Origin: Anaerohalosphaeraceae bacterium
Lineage (GTDB): Bacteria; Planctomycetota; Phycisphaerae; Sedimentisphaerales; Anaerohalosphaeraceae
Direction: 5' to 3'
Assembly: GCA_035378985.1 (NCBI GenBank)
Contig: DAOSUR010000012.1
Coordinates: 34,848 to 98,847 of the forward strand
Length of the DNA: 64,000 nt
The first letter of the stretch is position 1; each line of letters opens with the position of its first letter. This document shows positions 27,450 through 37,035 of this stretch, one piece after another. Below the pieces are notes generated by a model that saw only the letters and a list, made by a program, of their open reading frames with translations, searched no databases and was not told where the DNA came from. The translations under genes were made by a program, and so were the position numbers.

Positions 27450-28730
27450 ATGGACTCTTTGTCTGAAAATAATTCTGAAAACAATATTGAACTGGTAGAT
27501 ACAACCGCCTGGCCGTATCTGACCAAAGACCTGCCGGGCATCGGCGGCGTCATCAAGGTCTGCCCGGAAGACTTCTTTGTCGATGAAATCCCTCTTTATC
27601 CGCCGTCCGGCGAGGGAACCCACACCTTCTTCCGAATTGAAAAAACCGGCCTGGCCAGCTCCGACGCCGCCAAACGAATCGCCGACGCCCTCGGGGTCCG
27701 CCATCTGGATATCGGGATGGCCGGACGCAAAGACACCAAAGCCGTCACGCGGCAATGGATGTCAGTCGAACACGTCGAGCCGGAGCGTCTGCTGGCCCTG
27801 GAGCTGCCGAATATCCGCATTCTCGAAGTCGCCCGGCACAACAACAAACTCAAAACCGGTCATTTGGCCGGCAACCGCTTCCGCATCCGGGTCCGACAGC
27901 TGGAAGTTCCCATCCCGCAAGCCAAAGAAATCGCCGAGCAGTGCTTAACCGTGCTGGCCCGGCGCGGTGTGCCGAACTATTTCGGTCCCCAGCGGTTTGG
28001 GTCTCGTTTTGAATCGCACCTGCTCGGCTGGGCCCTCGTAAAGGACCGCCTCGAAGAGTTTACGGACATCCTGCTGGGCAAACCCGAGCTGGACAAGCAG
28101 AAAGATTTCATTCGGGCCCGGCGCTTTTACGAAGAAGGGCAATACGACAAGGCCTACCGCAACTGGCCGTTTCGATTCCGCGACCAGCGGCGGGCGCTGC
28201 AGTCGCTGATTGACTGTCCCGGCGACAAACGCCGCGCCGCCCTGGCCGTCAGCAAACCGTTTCGAAGTCTTCTGGTGGCGGCCTGGCAGTCTCATATCTT
28301 CAACCAGGTCCTGGCCGCCCGAATGCCTCGAATCGACCAGGTGCTTGAAGGCGATTTGGCGATGAAGCACGACAACGGCGCCTGTTTTGCGGTGGAAGAC
28401 CCTGCGGCCGAACAGCCCCGATGCGAACGGTTTGAAATCAGCCCGACCGGCCCCCTGCTGGGGCTTCGAACCACCCGAATCAGCGGAGCCGCAGGGGAAA
28501 TCGAAAACGCCGTGCTTGACCAGGTGCCGCTGCAGGAGGAAGACCTTCGCCGTCTCAAAATTGCCGGCGCCAAAGGCGGACGTCGGCCCCTGCGCTTTCA
28601 GCCCAAACAGATTGAAATCGACACCGGACAGGATGACAAGGGCGAATACCTCCAGCTGTCCTTCGAGCTGGATTCCGGCTGCTATGCCACCATTTTGCTG
28701 CGGGAGCTGATGAAAAAAGATGTCGCCTGA
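27450..28730 (+). CDS. truD: tRNA pseudouridine(13) synthase
   Basis: 426 aa. TruD catalytic motif GMAGRKDTKAVTRQW and a conserved NYFGPQRFG block. Confidence 0.9.
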   Translation: MDSLSENNSENNIELVDTTAWPYLTKDLPGIGGVIKVCPEDFFVDEIPLYPPSGEGTHTFFRIEKTGLASSDAAKRIADALGVRHLDIGMAGRKDTKAVTRQWMSVEHVEPERLLALELPNIRILEVARHNNKLKTGHLAGNRFRIRVRQLEVPIPQAKEIAEQCLTVLARRGVPNYFGPQRFGSRFESHLLGWALVKDRLEEFTDILLGKPELDKQKDFIRARRFYEEGQYDKAYRNWPFRFRDQRRALQSLIDCPGDKRRAALAVSKPFRSLLVAAWQSHIFNQVLAARMPRIDQVLEGDLAMKHDNGACFAVEDPAAEQPRCERFEISPTGPLLGLRTTRISGAAGEIENAVLDQVPLQEEDLRRLKIAGAKGGRRPLRFQPKQIEIDTGQDDKGEYLQLSFELDSGCYATILLRELMKKDVA

Positions 28731-29646
28731 ACCGCTCAAACCAACCGAAATGAACCGCACCCGGCTTTCCATCTGGCTTCAGGCCTTTCGCCCCTTCTCT
28801 TATACGGCGTCCATTATTCCTGTTTTTCTGGGAGCGGCCCTGGCATACGGCAATGCAGAAACGCAGTGGCCTCTGCTTCCTTTCGTTCTGGCCGCTTCGC
28901 TGGCGATTCACGCCGGAACCAATCTGATCAACGAATATTTTGATTTTCTCAAAGGCGTGGACCGTCCTGATACACGCGGCGGCAGCCGGGTCCTTCCCGA
29001 AGGACTGCTTTCGCCGGGTGCAGTCCTGGCCGCCGGACTGATCTGCTTTGCCCTTACGGCCCTGCTCGGACTTTGGTTTATCTGGCTCCGCGGATGGCCG
29101 ATGCTCCTTCTGGGACTGGTCGGAATGGCCGGCGGATTTTTTTATACCGGCTTTCCGTTCTTTCTGAAATATCGGGGCTTCGGCGACCCGATGGTCTTTG
29201 TACTGATGGGCCCGCTGATGGTCATCGGCTCCTATTATGTCCTGACCGGCGCTTACAGCCATTCCGTCCTGTGGGTGTCGCTTCCGGTCGGCTGTCTCGT
29301 GGCGGCCATCCTGTCCGCCAACAATCTGCGCGACATTGAGGATGACATCAAGGCAGGCATTCAAACCACTGCCTGCCTGCTGGGGTTTCGCCTCGCCAAA
29401 CTCGAATATGCCGCCCTTGTTCTGACGGCTTTTGGAATTACGGCCGTCCTGATTGTCCTGAACATCCTGCCTCTGCTGTCGCTGCTGGTGCTGCTGACGG
29501 CTCCTTTGGCGTTCCGCAATCTGCACACCGTCCTGACCAGCCGAGATTCTCCGGAATTGGAGGCCCTCGACCGGAAAACCGCCGCCCTGCATCTGGCCTT
29601 CGGCATCCTTCTGATCCTGTCTATTCTGCTGAACAAAACAGCATAA
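28720..29646 (+). CDS. menA: 1,4-dihydroxy-2-naphthoate polyprenyltransferase
   Basis: UbiA-family membrane protein with motif NLINEYFDFLKGVD and a second Asp-rich motif NNLRDIEDD. Confidence 0.85.
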   Translation: MSPEPLKPTEMNRTRLSIWLQAFRPFSYTASIIPVFLGAALAYGNAETQWPLLPFVLAASLAIHAGTNLINEYFDFLKGVDRPDTRGGSRVLPEGLLSPGAVLAAGLICFALTALLGLWFIWLRGWPMLLLGLVGMAGGFFYTGFPFFLKYRGFGDPMVFVLMGPLMVIGSYYVLTGAYSHSVLWVSLPVGCLVAAILSANNLRDIEDDIKAGIQTTACLLGFRLAKLEYAALVLTAFGITAVLIVLNILPLLSLLVLLTAPLAFRNLHTVLTSRDSPELEALDRKTAALHLAFGILLILSILLNKTA

Positions 29647-29668
29647 ATCGAATGTTCGGACAACCGCC

Positions 29669-30343
29669 GTGTTTGACTTTGAACCCATCGCCGCACGCTA
29701 TGACCTCTGCAACCGCCTGTTCAGTTTTGGGCTGGACCGGCGCTGGCGCCGCACCGCCGCCGCCCTGCTGAATCCTCAGCCGCAGGAGCGCATCCTTGAT
29801 TTGTGCTGCGGAACGGGCGAAATGGCCGCTGCTCTGGCTCATCTTCAGCCCGCTGCCGAAATCGTCGGCCTGGACATTAGTCCGGCGATGATTGAACAGG
29901 CCCGGGAAAAATACGCCGCCTTGTCTGAGCAAATCAGATGGCATGTCGCTGACGCCGTCCGGACGGACCTTCCGTCAAACTCCTTTGACCTGATTACCTG
30001 TGCGTTCGGCCTGCGGAATATCCCCGACATCCCCGCGGCCCTGAAGGAAATGAAGCGGCTCCTTCGTCCCGGCGGACGCATCGGCATCCTCGAATTCTCC
30101 CTGCCGAAAAACAAATGGGTTCGCGGATTGTTCTGGATGTATCTTCGGCATCTGATGCCCGCCGCCAGCATTCCGCTCTTCGGCAGACCCAACCCGCTGA
30201 TTTATCTGGCCGAATCTATCCGCACGTGGAATGATGAATTGAACTTCCCGGACCTCTGCCGACAGGCCGGCCTGACCTATGCCGCAAGCCGCTCCCTGTG
30301 CCTCGGCACCGTCACCCTGCACATGCTCGGACACCGGCTGTAA
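29669..30343 (+). CDS. ubiE: demethylmenaquinone methyltransferase
   Basis: GTG start. N-terminus FEPIAARYDLCNRLFSFGLDRRWRR and SAM motif ILDLCCGTGE. Downstream of menA. Confidence 0.85.
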   Translation: MFDFEPIAARYDLCNRLFSFGLDRRWRRTAAALLNPQPQERILDLCCGTGEMAAALAHLQPAAEIVGLDISPAMIEQAREKYAALSEQIRWHVADAVRTDLPSNSFDLITCAFGLRNIPDIPAALKEMKRLLRPGGRIGILEFSLPKNKWVRGLFWMYLRHLMPAASIPLFGRPNPLIYLAESIRTWNDELNFPDLCRQAGLTYAASRSLCLGTVTLHMLGHRL

Positions 30344-30349
30344 ATCGGT

Positions 30350-31558
30350 TTAGAGCAATTGAGAAAGAAACGTCCGGGCCGGCACAACGAGCGGCTGATG
30401 CGGACGAGAAAAACAATCCGCATCCACATAGGGTTCATCCATCACAACCTGAAAGGCAAACGGCACCTTCAGCTGACGCTGAAAATAGGACAGTGCAGGG
30501 CTTATTTTCGTATCAGAGGTCTTGACCACCGCCAGGAACCACGGCTTGCCGTCTCGAACGACGATAAAATCCGTCTCCCGCTGATAAACATCCCGCACAT
30601 ACCCCAAAACAAATGTCCCCAAGCCCAGGTCATTCCAGCCCTCCACCGCTTTTAGCAAATGACAAGCCACAAAGGTTTCCGCTCGTCTGCCGGCATCCTC
30701 CGCCAGCGACCAGTCGCGCACAAACCATTTCGGTTCTTTGCGAAGAGAACGGGAGACATTCTTAAACCACGGCCGAATTAAAAACCCCAAATGCAGATTG
30801 CATAAGGTCCCAATCCATCGGCGAACGGTGTCTATCGTCACCCCGACCTCCGCGGCCAGGCTGCTGTAAACCAATCGGCTCCCGGACCGGGCAAGGAGCA
30901 AATGCACCAGCAGATCTAACTGATCCATCTGCTGAATCCTCGTTAAGTCCCGCACGTCCTCCCGCAGAAGCTGCACAAGCCGCAGATTATGCCACTGTCG
31001 GCTGAACATGGCATCTCGACGGAGAAACGGCTCCGGATATCCGCCATACTCCCAGAGCGCAGCATAGTCCTCCTCCGGAACGGGCTTGGGCGAACGAACA
31101 ATCTGCCCGGGCTCAGGCAGGTCCTGCCGCACGGTTTCTGCGGCCGTAAACGGATGCATTCGGTATAGAAAATACCGGCCCATCAAACTGTCTCCCCCGC
31201 GCCGATAAATATCCAGCCGCGAACTGCCGGTTACGACAATCCGGACCTGGTCTGCATAGGTATCAAAAAAACCTTTTAAAAAAAGCTTCCATTTTCTGAA
31301 CTTATGCAGTTCATCAAACAGGATGACAGGGGTCGCCTGGTTAAGCCGATTCAAGCCCGCCTGTTCGGCCACCGCCGACGGTCCTTTGACAATCTTCGAA
31401 CGGTCATCTATGTTATCCCAATTAAAATACGTCCGGGCGAGAAGCCGACAGGTAGTCGTTTTGCCGACCTGCCGAGCCCCGCTGACAAGGGCCATCTGGC
31501 GGTTTGATGACAAATGCCGGGCTAAAATCGTATCATATAAGCGTCTGCGAATCTCCAT
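30350..31558 (-). CDS. AAA+ ATPase with DUF4143-like C-terminal domain (COG1373 type)
   Basis: 402 aa. Walker A GARQVGKTT and Walker B ILFDELH. Converges on ubiE with a 6-nt gap. Confidence 0.8.
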   Translation of the reverse strand: MEIRRRLYDTILARHLSSNRQMALVSGARQVGKTTTCRLLARTYFNWDNIDDRSKIVKGPSAVAEQAGLNRLNQATPVILFDELHKFRKWKLFLKGFFDTYADQVRIVVTGSSRLDIYRRGGDSLMGRYFLYRMHPFTAAETVRQDLPEPGQIVRSPKPVPEEDYAALWEYGGYPEPFLRRDAMFSRQWHNLRLVQLLREDVRDLTRIQQMDQLDLLVHLLLARSGSRLVYSSLAAEVGVTIDTVRRWIGTLCNLHLGFLIRPWFKNVSRSLRKEPKWFVRDWSLAEDAGRRAETFVACHLLKAVEGWNDLGLGTFVLGYVRDVYQRETDFIVVRDGKPWFLAVVKTSDTKISPALSYFQRQLKVPFAFQVVMDEPYVDADCFSRPHQPLVVPARTFLSQLL

Positions 31559-31570
31559 ACAATACTATTA

Positions 31571-31616
31571 TCGACAATGTCGTAAAACAGTCTATACTAT
31601 TTTACGACATTATCGA
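31571..31616. promoter_or_regulatory. 17-bp imperfect inverted repeat overlapping the presumed promoter of the AAA+ ATPase gene
   Basis: TCGACAATGTCGTAAAA (31571-31587) pairs with TTTTACGACATTATCGA (31600-31616), 1 mismatch. GATAAT/ATAATA -10-like hexamers sit 7-8 nt before the ATG and there is no SD. Confidence 0.4.
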
Positions 31617-31672
31617 AAAAAGTCGAAATATAAAGATAAATACAGTCTCTAATTAGGTGTTTTTGGAATAAC

Positions 31673-33469
31673 TCAATCGCTTGTATCCAAAATGGACATA
31701 AAGGCATCCTGCGGAATCGTCACCTGGCCGATGGCCTTCATCCGCTTTTTGCCCTCTTTCTGCCGCTTGAGCACCTTCATTTTTCGCGTGACATCGCCGC
31801 CGTACAGCTTGGCCGTCACGTCCTTGCGGTAGGCCTTAATCGTCTCGCGGGCGATAATTTTGCCGCCGATTGCCGCCTGCAGCGGGATTTCAAACTGATG
31901 CCGCGGGATGGCCTCCTTCAGTTTCAAAAGCAGTTTGCGCCCGCGCTTCTCGGCGTTGCTCCGATGCACAATTAAACTGAGGGCCTCGATGGGAGTCTTA
32001 TTTACCAGGATATCTATCTTAACCAGGTCCGACGCCTCAAAGCCCAAAAACTCATAATCCATTGTCGCGTAGCCGTGGCTGATGCCCTTGAGCTGGTCAT
32101 AAAAATCATACACAATCTCCGCCAGCGGCGCTTTGTATTCGAGCATCACGCGCGTGGGACTGATGTATTCGGTCTTGACCAGTTTGCACCGCCGCTCCTC
32201 CGCCAGGCGGAGCACTCCGCCCAGCGATTCATGGCTGGTAATGATTTCCAGCCGAACCATCGGTTCGCGCAGCTCCTGAATCCGCGAACGGTCGGGCAGT
32301 TCCGCCGGACTGTCGATGCGTTTGACCTCTCCGGAGGTCAGCAGGACCTCATAACTGACCGTCGGGGCCGTCTGCACCACGTCCACATCGCTTTCCCGCT
32401 CCAGCCGCTCCTGCACAATCTCCATATGCAGCAGTCCGAGAAATCCGCAGCGAAAGCCGAACCCCAGCGCCGGTGAATTCTGCGGGGCAAACGAGAAACT
32501 CGCATCGTTCAGCGCCAGTTTTTCAAACGCCTCCCGCAGTTTCGGATAATCCGTCTCGCCGGACGGATAAAAATCGGAAAAGACCATCTGGACCGGCTTT
32601 TTATACCCCGGCAGCGGTTTTTCCGCCGGATGATGAAAATCGGTAATTGTATCGCCGATTGTCACATCGTGCAGATTCTTGATATTGGCAATTACATATC
32701 CCACTTCGCCGGTACCCAAGGCGTCCACCGGAGTCATTCGGGGCATAAACTTGCCCAGTTCGATAATCTGATACGTGCGGCCGGAACCCATCAGACGGAT
32801 TTTCTGGCGTTTGTACAATCGTCCCTGAAAGACCCGCACGTAGCAAATCACGCCGCGATATTCATCCGCATGGCTGTCGAAAATCAGCGCAGCCGTCGGT
32901 TCTCCGCTTTTGTCCTCCGGCGGCGGCAGTCGCATAATAATCGCCTCCAGCAGTTCCGGAACGCCCAGCCCTGTCTTGGCGCTGACCTTCAGGCAGTCCT
33001 TGGCCGGAATCCCGAAGGCATGCTCGACTTCCTGAGCCGTTTCGTCCGGACGCGCCCCGGTCAAATCAATCTTATTAATCACGCCGAGGATTTCGCAGCC
33101 GCTTTCGACGGCCAGATAGGCATTGGCCACCGTCTGGGCCTCTACACCCTGCGAGGCATCCACCACCAGAAGGGCGCCTTCACAGGCGGTCAGCGCGCGG
33201 GACACTTCATAATGAAAATCCACATGCCCGGGCGTATCAATCAGATTCAGCATATAGGTGCGGCCCTGATACGGATACGTCATCGTCACCGCTGAGGCCT
33301 TAATCGTGATGCCCCGCTCCCGCTCCAGATCCATATCATCCAAAAACTGCTCTTTCTTCTCCCGGTCGCTGATAGCCCCGGTCAGCTCGAGCAGCCGGTC
33401 CGCCAGCGTGCTTTTGCCGTGGTCGATATGCGCAATAATCGAAAAATTCCGAATATGTTCCGTTCCCAT
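31673..33469 (-). CDS. lepA: translation elongation factor 4
   Basis: 598 aa. GTPase motifs AHIDHGKST, DTPGH and NKID, plus the LepA-specific C-terminal domain. Confidence 0.95.
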   Translation of the reverse strand: MGTEHIRNFSIIAHIDHGKSTLADRLLELTGAISDREKKEQFLDDMDLERERGITIKASAVTMTYPYQGRTYMLNLIDTPGHVDFHYEVSRALTACEGALLVVDASQGVEAQTVANAYLAVESGCEILGVINKIDLTGARPDETAQEVEHAFGIPAKDCLKVSAKTGLGVPELLEAIIMRLPPPEDKSGEPTAALIFDSHADEYRGVICYVRVFQGRLYKRQKIRLMGSGRTYQIIELGKFMPRMTPVDALGTGEVGYVIANIKNLHDVTIGDTITDFHHPAEKPLPGYKKPVQMVFSDFYPSGETDYPKLREAFEKLALNDASFSFAPQNSPALGFGFRCGFLGLLHMEIVQERLERESDVDVVQTAPTVSYEVLLTSGEVKRIDSPAELPDRSRIQELREPMVRLEIITSHESLGGVLRLAEERRCKLVKTEYISPTRVMLEYKAPLAEIVYDFYDQLKGISHGYATMDYEFLGFEASDLVKIDILVNKTPIEALSLIVHRSNAEKRGRKLLLKLKEAIPRHQFEIPLQAAIGGKIIARETIKAYRKDVTAKLYGGDVTRKMKVLKRQKEGKKRMKAIGQVTIPQDAFMSILDTSD

Positions 33470-33504
33470 AACAATCCCAAACCTGTCTCTTTTGAAAAAA
33501 GACT

Positions 33505-33533
33505 ATTATATCATCTTTTGCAGCAAGAGGCAA
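33505..33533 (-). promoter_or_regulatory. sigma70-like promoter TTGCCT-N17-TATAAT for lepA
   Basis: On the minus strand the -35 is at 33533..33528 and the -10 at 33510..33505. Confidence 0.45.
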
Positions 33534-33638
33534 TTATCCCCAAGTTTTCTGGACAAAACCGGACCCCAGCGATACCATAACCCCGCTGTGGACGGAAAAA
33601 ACCTTTTTTTCGCCTCTGGTTTTGCGACTTTTTGTTCA

Positions 33639-35066
33639 ATGAAATCAATCTGGAAAGAACATTATCTAGGTCCCGGCGGGATAAAAGAAATGCTCACCAT
33701 CGCCTTTCCGATGGTCATTTCCAGCGCCTGCGATACGATTATGATTTTCACAGACCGGCTGTTTCTGTCGCGACTGGGGCCCCACCAGATGAGCGCCGCC
33801 ATGGGCGGCGGGCTGACCTGCTTTATGCTGAGCACGTTCTTTCTCGGAGTGACCGGCTATTGCACCGCTCTGACGGCACAATGCTACGGTGCAGGCAGAA
33901 AAACCGACTGCCCCGTTGTGATTACACAGGGGCTTATCATTTCCATTCTGGCCTGGCCGCTCATTCTGGCGGCACGCCCGCTTGCCTGGCAGCTTTTTGT
34001 TCTCACCAAAATCCCTCCGGAACAGCTCGGCCCCCAAACCGCTTATTTCGATATTCTCCTGTACGGTGTCCTGATTAGTCTGTTCCGGAACTGCCTGAGC
34101 AGTTTTTTCTCCGGCATCGGGAAAACCCGAACCGTGATGGTCTCTGCCATTGTTTCGACCGTATCGAATATCTTCATCAACTATATCCTGATTTTCGGCC
34201 ATCTCGGCTTTCCGGCCCTCGGAATCCGCGGGGCGGCCTACGGTACGATTCTCGGCGGCTTTCTGGGTCTGCTTGTGCTGGCCGCCGTTTACCTCCTGAG
34301 TCCCGAACAGTACAAATTCGCCGTCGCCCGCTCCTTCCGTTATGACGGTATGCTGATGAAAAAACTCTGGCGATTCGGCACCCCTGCGGGCATCGAATTC
34401 TTCCTCAACATGCTGGCCTTTACTCTGCTCATCCTCAACTTCCACGCCTGCGGCCTCCAGACCGCAACCGCCGTAACCATCGTTTTCAACTGGGATTTGG
34501 TCTCTTTTATCCCGCTGGTAGGGATTCACGTCGGGGTGACCAGTCTGGTCGGACGCTATATGGGCGGCTCCGAACCGGATACCGCCGATCGGGCCACTTT
34601 TTCCGGACTGAAACTGGCCTGGGCCTATTCCTTCTGCACCATGCTCACATTTGCCCTTCTCCCGCACCCTCTCGTCGAGGTCTTTCGTCCTCCTCAGGAG
34701 GATGTCGTCTTTGCCGCTGCTCGTCCCGAAGCTGTCTTTATGCTGCGAATGGCCGCCCTGTATGTGATGGCGGACGCCACGATGCTGGTCTTCAGCGGAG
34801 CCCTGCGCGGCGCCGGTGATACATTCTGGGCTATGGCTATCTCCGTCAGCATGCACTGGACGCTGGTTATCGGGCAGCTCTTTCTTCTGAAAATCGCCCA
34901 GCTTTCTCCCCGATGGACCTGGGGATTTTTGTGCCTGACGCTTCTGGCCTTCAGCGGGCTGATTTATCTGCGATACCGAACCGGACGGTGGCGAACGATC
35001 CAAATCCTCGACCGGATTCCTTCTCCGCCTCCGCTCGAGGTTCTGCATGAAATCAAAGACTTGTAA
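33639..35066 (+). CDS. MATE family efflux transporter
   Basis: ATG at 33639. 475 aa with 12 TM helices and a typical MATE N-terminus ...GIKEMLTIAFPMVISSACDTIMIFTDRLFLSRLG. The ORF-track start at 33306 overlaps lepA and is rejected. Confidence 0.85.
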   Translation: MKSIWKEHYLGPGGIKEMLTIAFPMVISSACDTIMIFTDRLFLSRLGPHQMSAAMGGGLTCFMLSTFFLGVTGYCTALTAQCYGAGRKTDCPVVITQGLIISILAWPLILAARPLAWQLFVLTKIPPEQLGPQTAYFDILLYGVLISLFRNCLSSFFSGIGKTRTVMVSAIVSTVSNIFINYILIFGHLGFPALGIRGAAYGTILGGFLGLLVLAAVYLLSPEQYKFAVARSFRYDGMLMKKLWRFGTPAGIEFFLNMLAFTLLILNFHACGLQTATAVTIVFNWDLVSFIPLVGIHVGVTSLVGRYMGGSEPDTADRATFSGLKLAWAYSFCTMLTFALLPHPLVEVFRPPQEDVVFAAARPEAVFMLRMAALYVMADATMLVFSGALRGAGDTFWAMAISVSMHWTLVIGQLFLLKIAQLSPRWTWGFLCLTLLAFSGLIYLRYRTGRWRTIQILDRIPSPPPLEVLHEIKDL

Positions 35067-35076
35067 AAGGCTCGGT

Positions 35077-36180
35077 TTATTGAGACGCTTGTTCCGAACG
35101 AAGAATCTCAATCCGCTCCGCCACCCACTTTCCCCCCGAGGCATTGTTCTGCTGCAACGGACCATACCACCACCACCGCACCCGCCCTTTTTTATCAACC
35201 AAATAAAGACTCGGCAGCACCGGATTGGCCCACGCCCGGACCGTCAGCCGTTTGGCATCCAGCGCCACCGGAAAAGTCAATCCTTCTTTCTGGACCCAGG
35301 AAGCCGGTTCTATTCCGTCCTTTTGAGCCTGCAGCGGCGGCACCAAAATCCCAATCAGAGCCACGTCCTGAGGATCGTATTGTCTGGCCCAGAGCTTGTA
35401 CGCTGCCAAATCCTCTGCGGAAGACTGCTCGGGCGAACAGAAAATCACAATCACCACGCGTCCGCTCAGCTGCTTGAATGTCAGAGGTTTCCCGTTGAAC
35501 CAGCCGGTCAGGCCCTCTAACTCCGGGGCCTGAAACGACAGCGGCTGCGTCTGGGAAAAATCAAACGGGGCTCCGAGCATTTCATTCCAAATCACAACCT
35601 GCCCTTCAGAAAGCACCCGCAGAAACTGATTCATAAACCGGACCCGCAGCTGCTCCATCTGCTCCTGCAGTTCGTTCTGCCGCCCGCTTTCCTCCAGACG
35701 AGTCCGCAGCTGCTCCTGATTGCGGAGAAACTGGCGATGCAGGGTCTGCATCCGATTTTTCTGTTCCTCCGTCAGACGCAGATAGGCCGCCGGCGCCGGA
35801 CGAAACATCGCATACACCCCCTCAAACTGAAACCCCAGCTCCTGCAGCCGAAGCCGCTGAGGGGGCTGGAGAATGTCATCCGTTTCCTTCATCAGTTCCA
35901 CCACGGCGCGGACATGTTCAATCATCTCCGGCTCTGTCGGATTGGGCGGCTGGTCTCGAAGAACAAACAGATGCGCATCCATCCGATTACACAGTGCATC
36001 CAGACGGGCGGTCTGCTCGGCTGTCAGTTTCAGCTCCTTCCGCACAGCCGGGTCGCGAATCAGATACGGCAGCGGCGTCAGAGCCGGCGGCACATAATCC
36101 TTCTCCTGAGCCGAATAAGCTGTCGGCTGAAAGAAAACGGCCAATCCCGCTATCACCAACAGCACCTGTGCTTTTTTCAT
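35077..36180 (-). CDS. secreted protein: LTXXQ (Spy/CpxP-like) repeats fused to a thioredoxin-fold (TlpA-like) domain lacking CXXC
   Basis: ATG at 36180 with signal peptide MKKAQVLLVIAGLAVFFQPTAYSA. LTXXQ motifs LKLTAEQTARL and LRLTEEQKNRM. C-terminal redoxin-like region ...GRVVIVIFCSPEQSSAEDL... has one Cys where WCxxC is expected. Confidence 0.6.
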   Translation of the reverse strand: MKKAQVLLVIAGLAVFFQPTAYSAQEKDYVPPALTPLPYLIRDPAVRKELKLTAEQTARLDALCNRMDAHLFVLRDQPPNPTEPEMIEHVRAVVELMKETDDILQPPQRLRLQELGFQFEGVYAMFRPAPAAYLRLTEEQKNRMQTLHRQFLRNQEQLRTRLEESGRQNELQEQMEQLRVRFMNQFLRVLSEGQVVIWNEMLGAPFDFSQTQPLSFQAPELEGLTGWFNGKPLTFKQLSGRVVIVIFCSPEQSSAEDLAAYKLWARQYDPQDVALIGILVPPLQAQKDGIEPASWVQKEGLTFPVALDAKRLTVRAWANPVLPSLYLVDKKGRVRWWWYGPLQQNNASGGKWVAERIEILRSEQASQ

Positions 36181-36203
36181 AACCTTTCCGACTCCTGCCT
36201 GTC

Positions 36204-36938
36204 TCATTGTCCCAAAAGCCCCTCCAGCAGATAGTCCAGACACAGCTGCGACCAGGTTTCCATGCTGTCCCGCAGCGCCCGAAGCGTCTCCGGCGGCAGA
36301 AACTCCATCTGCGTAATCATCTGCTCCCGACGGCGGACCGCCGGTGCCTCCAGCTCCCACAAGTGCACAATCCCAAGATGCACACGGCCGACTTCGTTGG
36401 AATCGTCATTCAAAAGACCGATGATCGTCTCTTTATACGGTGATTCCACATGCACCTCCTCGGCCACCTCCCGATGCACCGCATTCAGATAGGTCTCGTA
36501 CGGCGAAAACAACTCCATATCATCCGTCGGATTGATATGTCCGCCGATGCCGATGGAGCGTTTCTCGACCAGACGCGTTTCCCCCGCCCGCTTGCCGCGA
36601 ACATAGGTCAAATAGCGCCCGCCGGAACGCATCACCACATAGGGAATAAGCTGTTTATAAGAAGGGTCTTTTTCCGCGTCGCGGCGAACCAGATACCGTC
36701 CGACCCCCGGGGCAAACAAAGTCGGCAGATACCGCTTCACATCCGGCATAACCCCCTGAAAAAGACCCGCTTTCTCCAGTTGTCCTCGCTCAATTACCAA
36801 TACCTGTTCGTCTTGTGCCACACCAGCGCTCCGATAAAAAATTTGCTGAAGCGTAGTCCAAACGGACCCCCCTGTCAAGAAAGCACCTGCCCGTTCCGCG
36901 AAAACGAGGTTCCGGGGCCGCTGGAATACGATTGACAT
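36204..36938 (-). CDS. NUDIX-family hydrolase-like protein
   Basis: 244 aa with a Nudix-box-like segment GIGGHINP...VHREVAEEVHVE. Confidence 0.6.
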   Translation of the reverse strand: MSIVFQRPRNLVFAERAGAFLTGGSVWTTLQQIFYRSAGVAQDEQVLVIERGQLEKAGLFQGVMPDVKRYLPTLFAPGVGRYLVRRDAEKDPSYKQLIPYVVMRSGGRYLTYVRGKRAGETRLVEKRSIGIGGHINPTDDMELFSPYETYLNAVHREVAEEVHVESPYKETIIGLLNDDSNEVGRVHLGIVHLWELEAPAVRRREQMITQMEFLPPETLRALRDSMETWSQLCLDYLLEGLLGQ

Positions 36939-37035
36939 TCCCGCTCCATTTTGATATAAACTGTTTTATGAAAACATGATAAATGGGGGTATGGAATCCG
37001 ATAAAAAGCATTCTTTACACACAAAGAGGTCGCTA

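Noticed and set aside
33470-33638. Possible riboswitch or leader in the 169-nt divergent region between lepA and the MATE transporter. The 315-nt hypC upstream region (51653-51967) was considered in the same way.
   Set aside because: I could not recognise conserved cores of any known riboswitch class by eye, only promoter-like hexamers. Deciding this would need an Rfam scan.
33666-35198. 510-aa minus-strand ORF antisense to the MATE transporter gene.
   Set aside because: It is R/G/P/Q-rich and low in complexity. It lies entirely opposite a gene with clear family features. This is a typical shadow ORF of GC-rich coding DNA.
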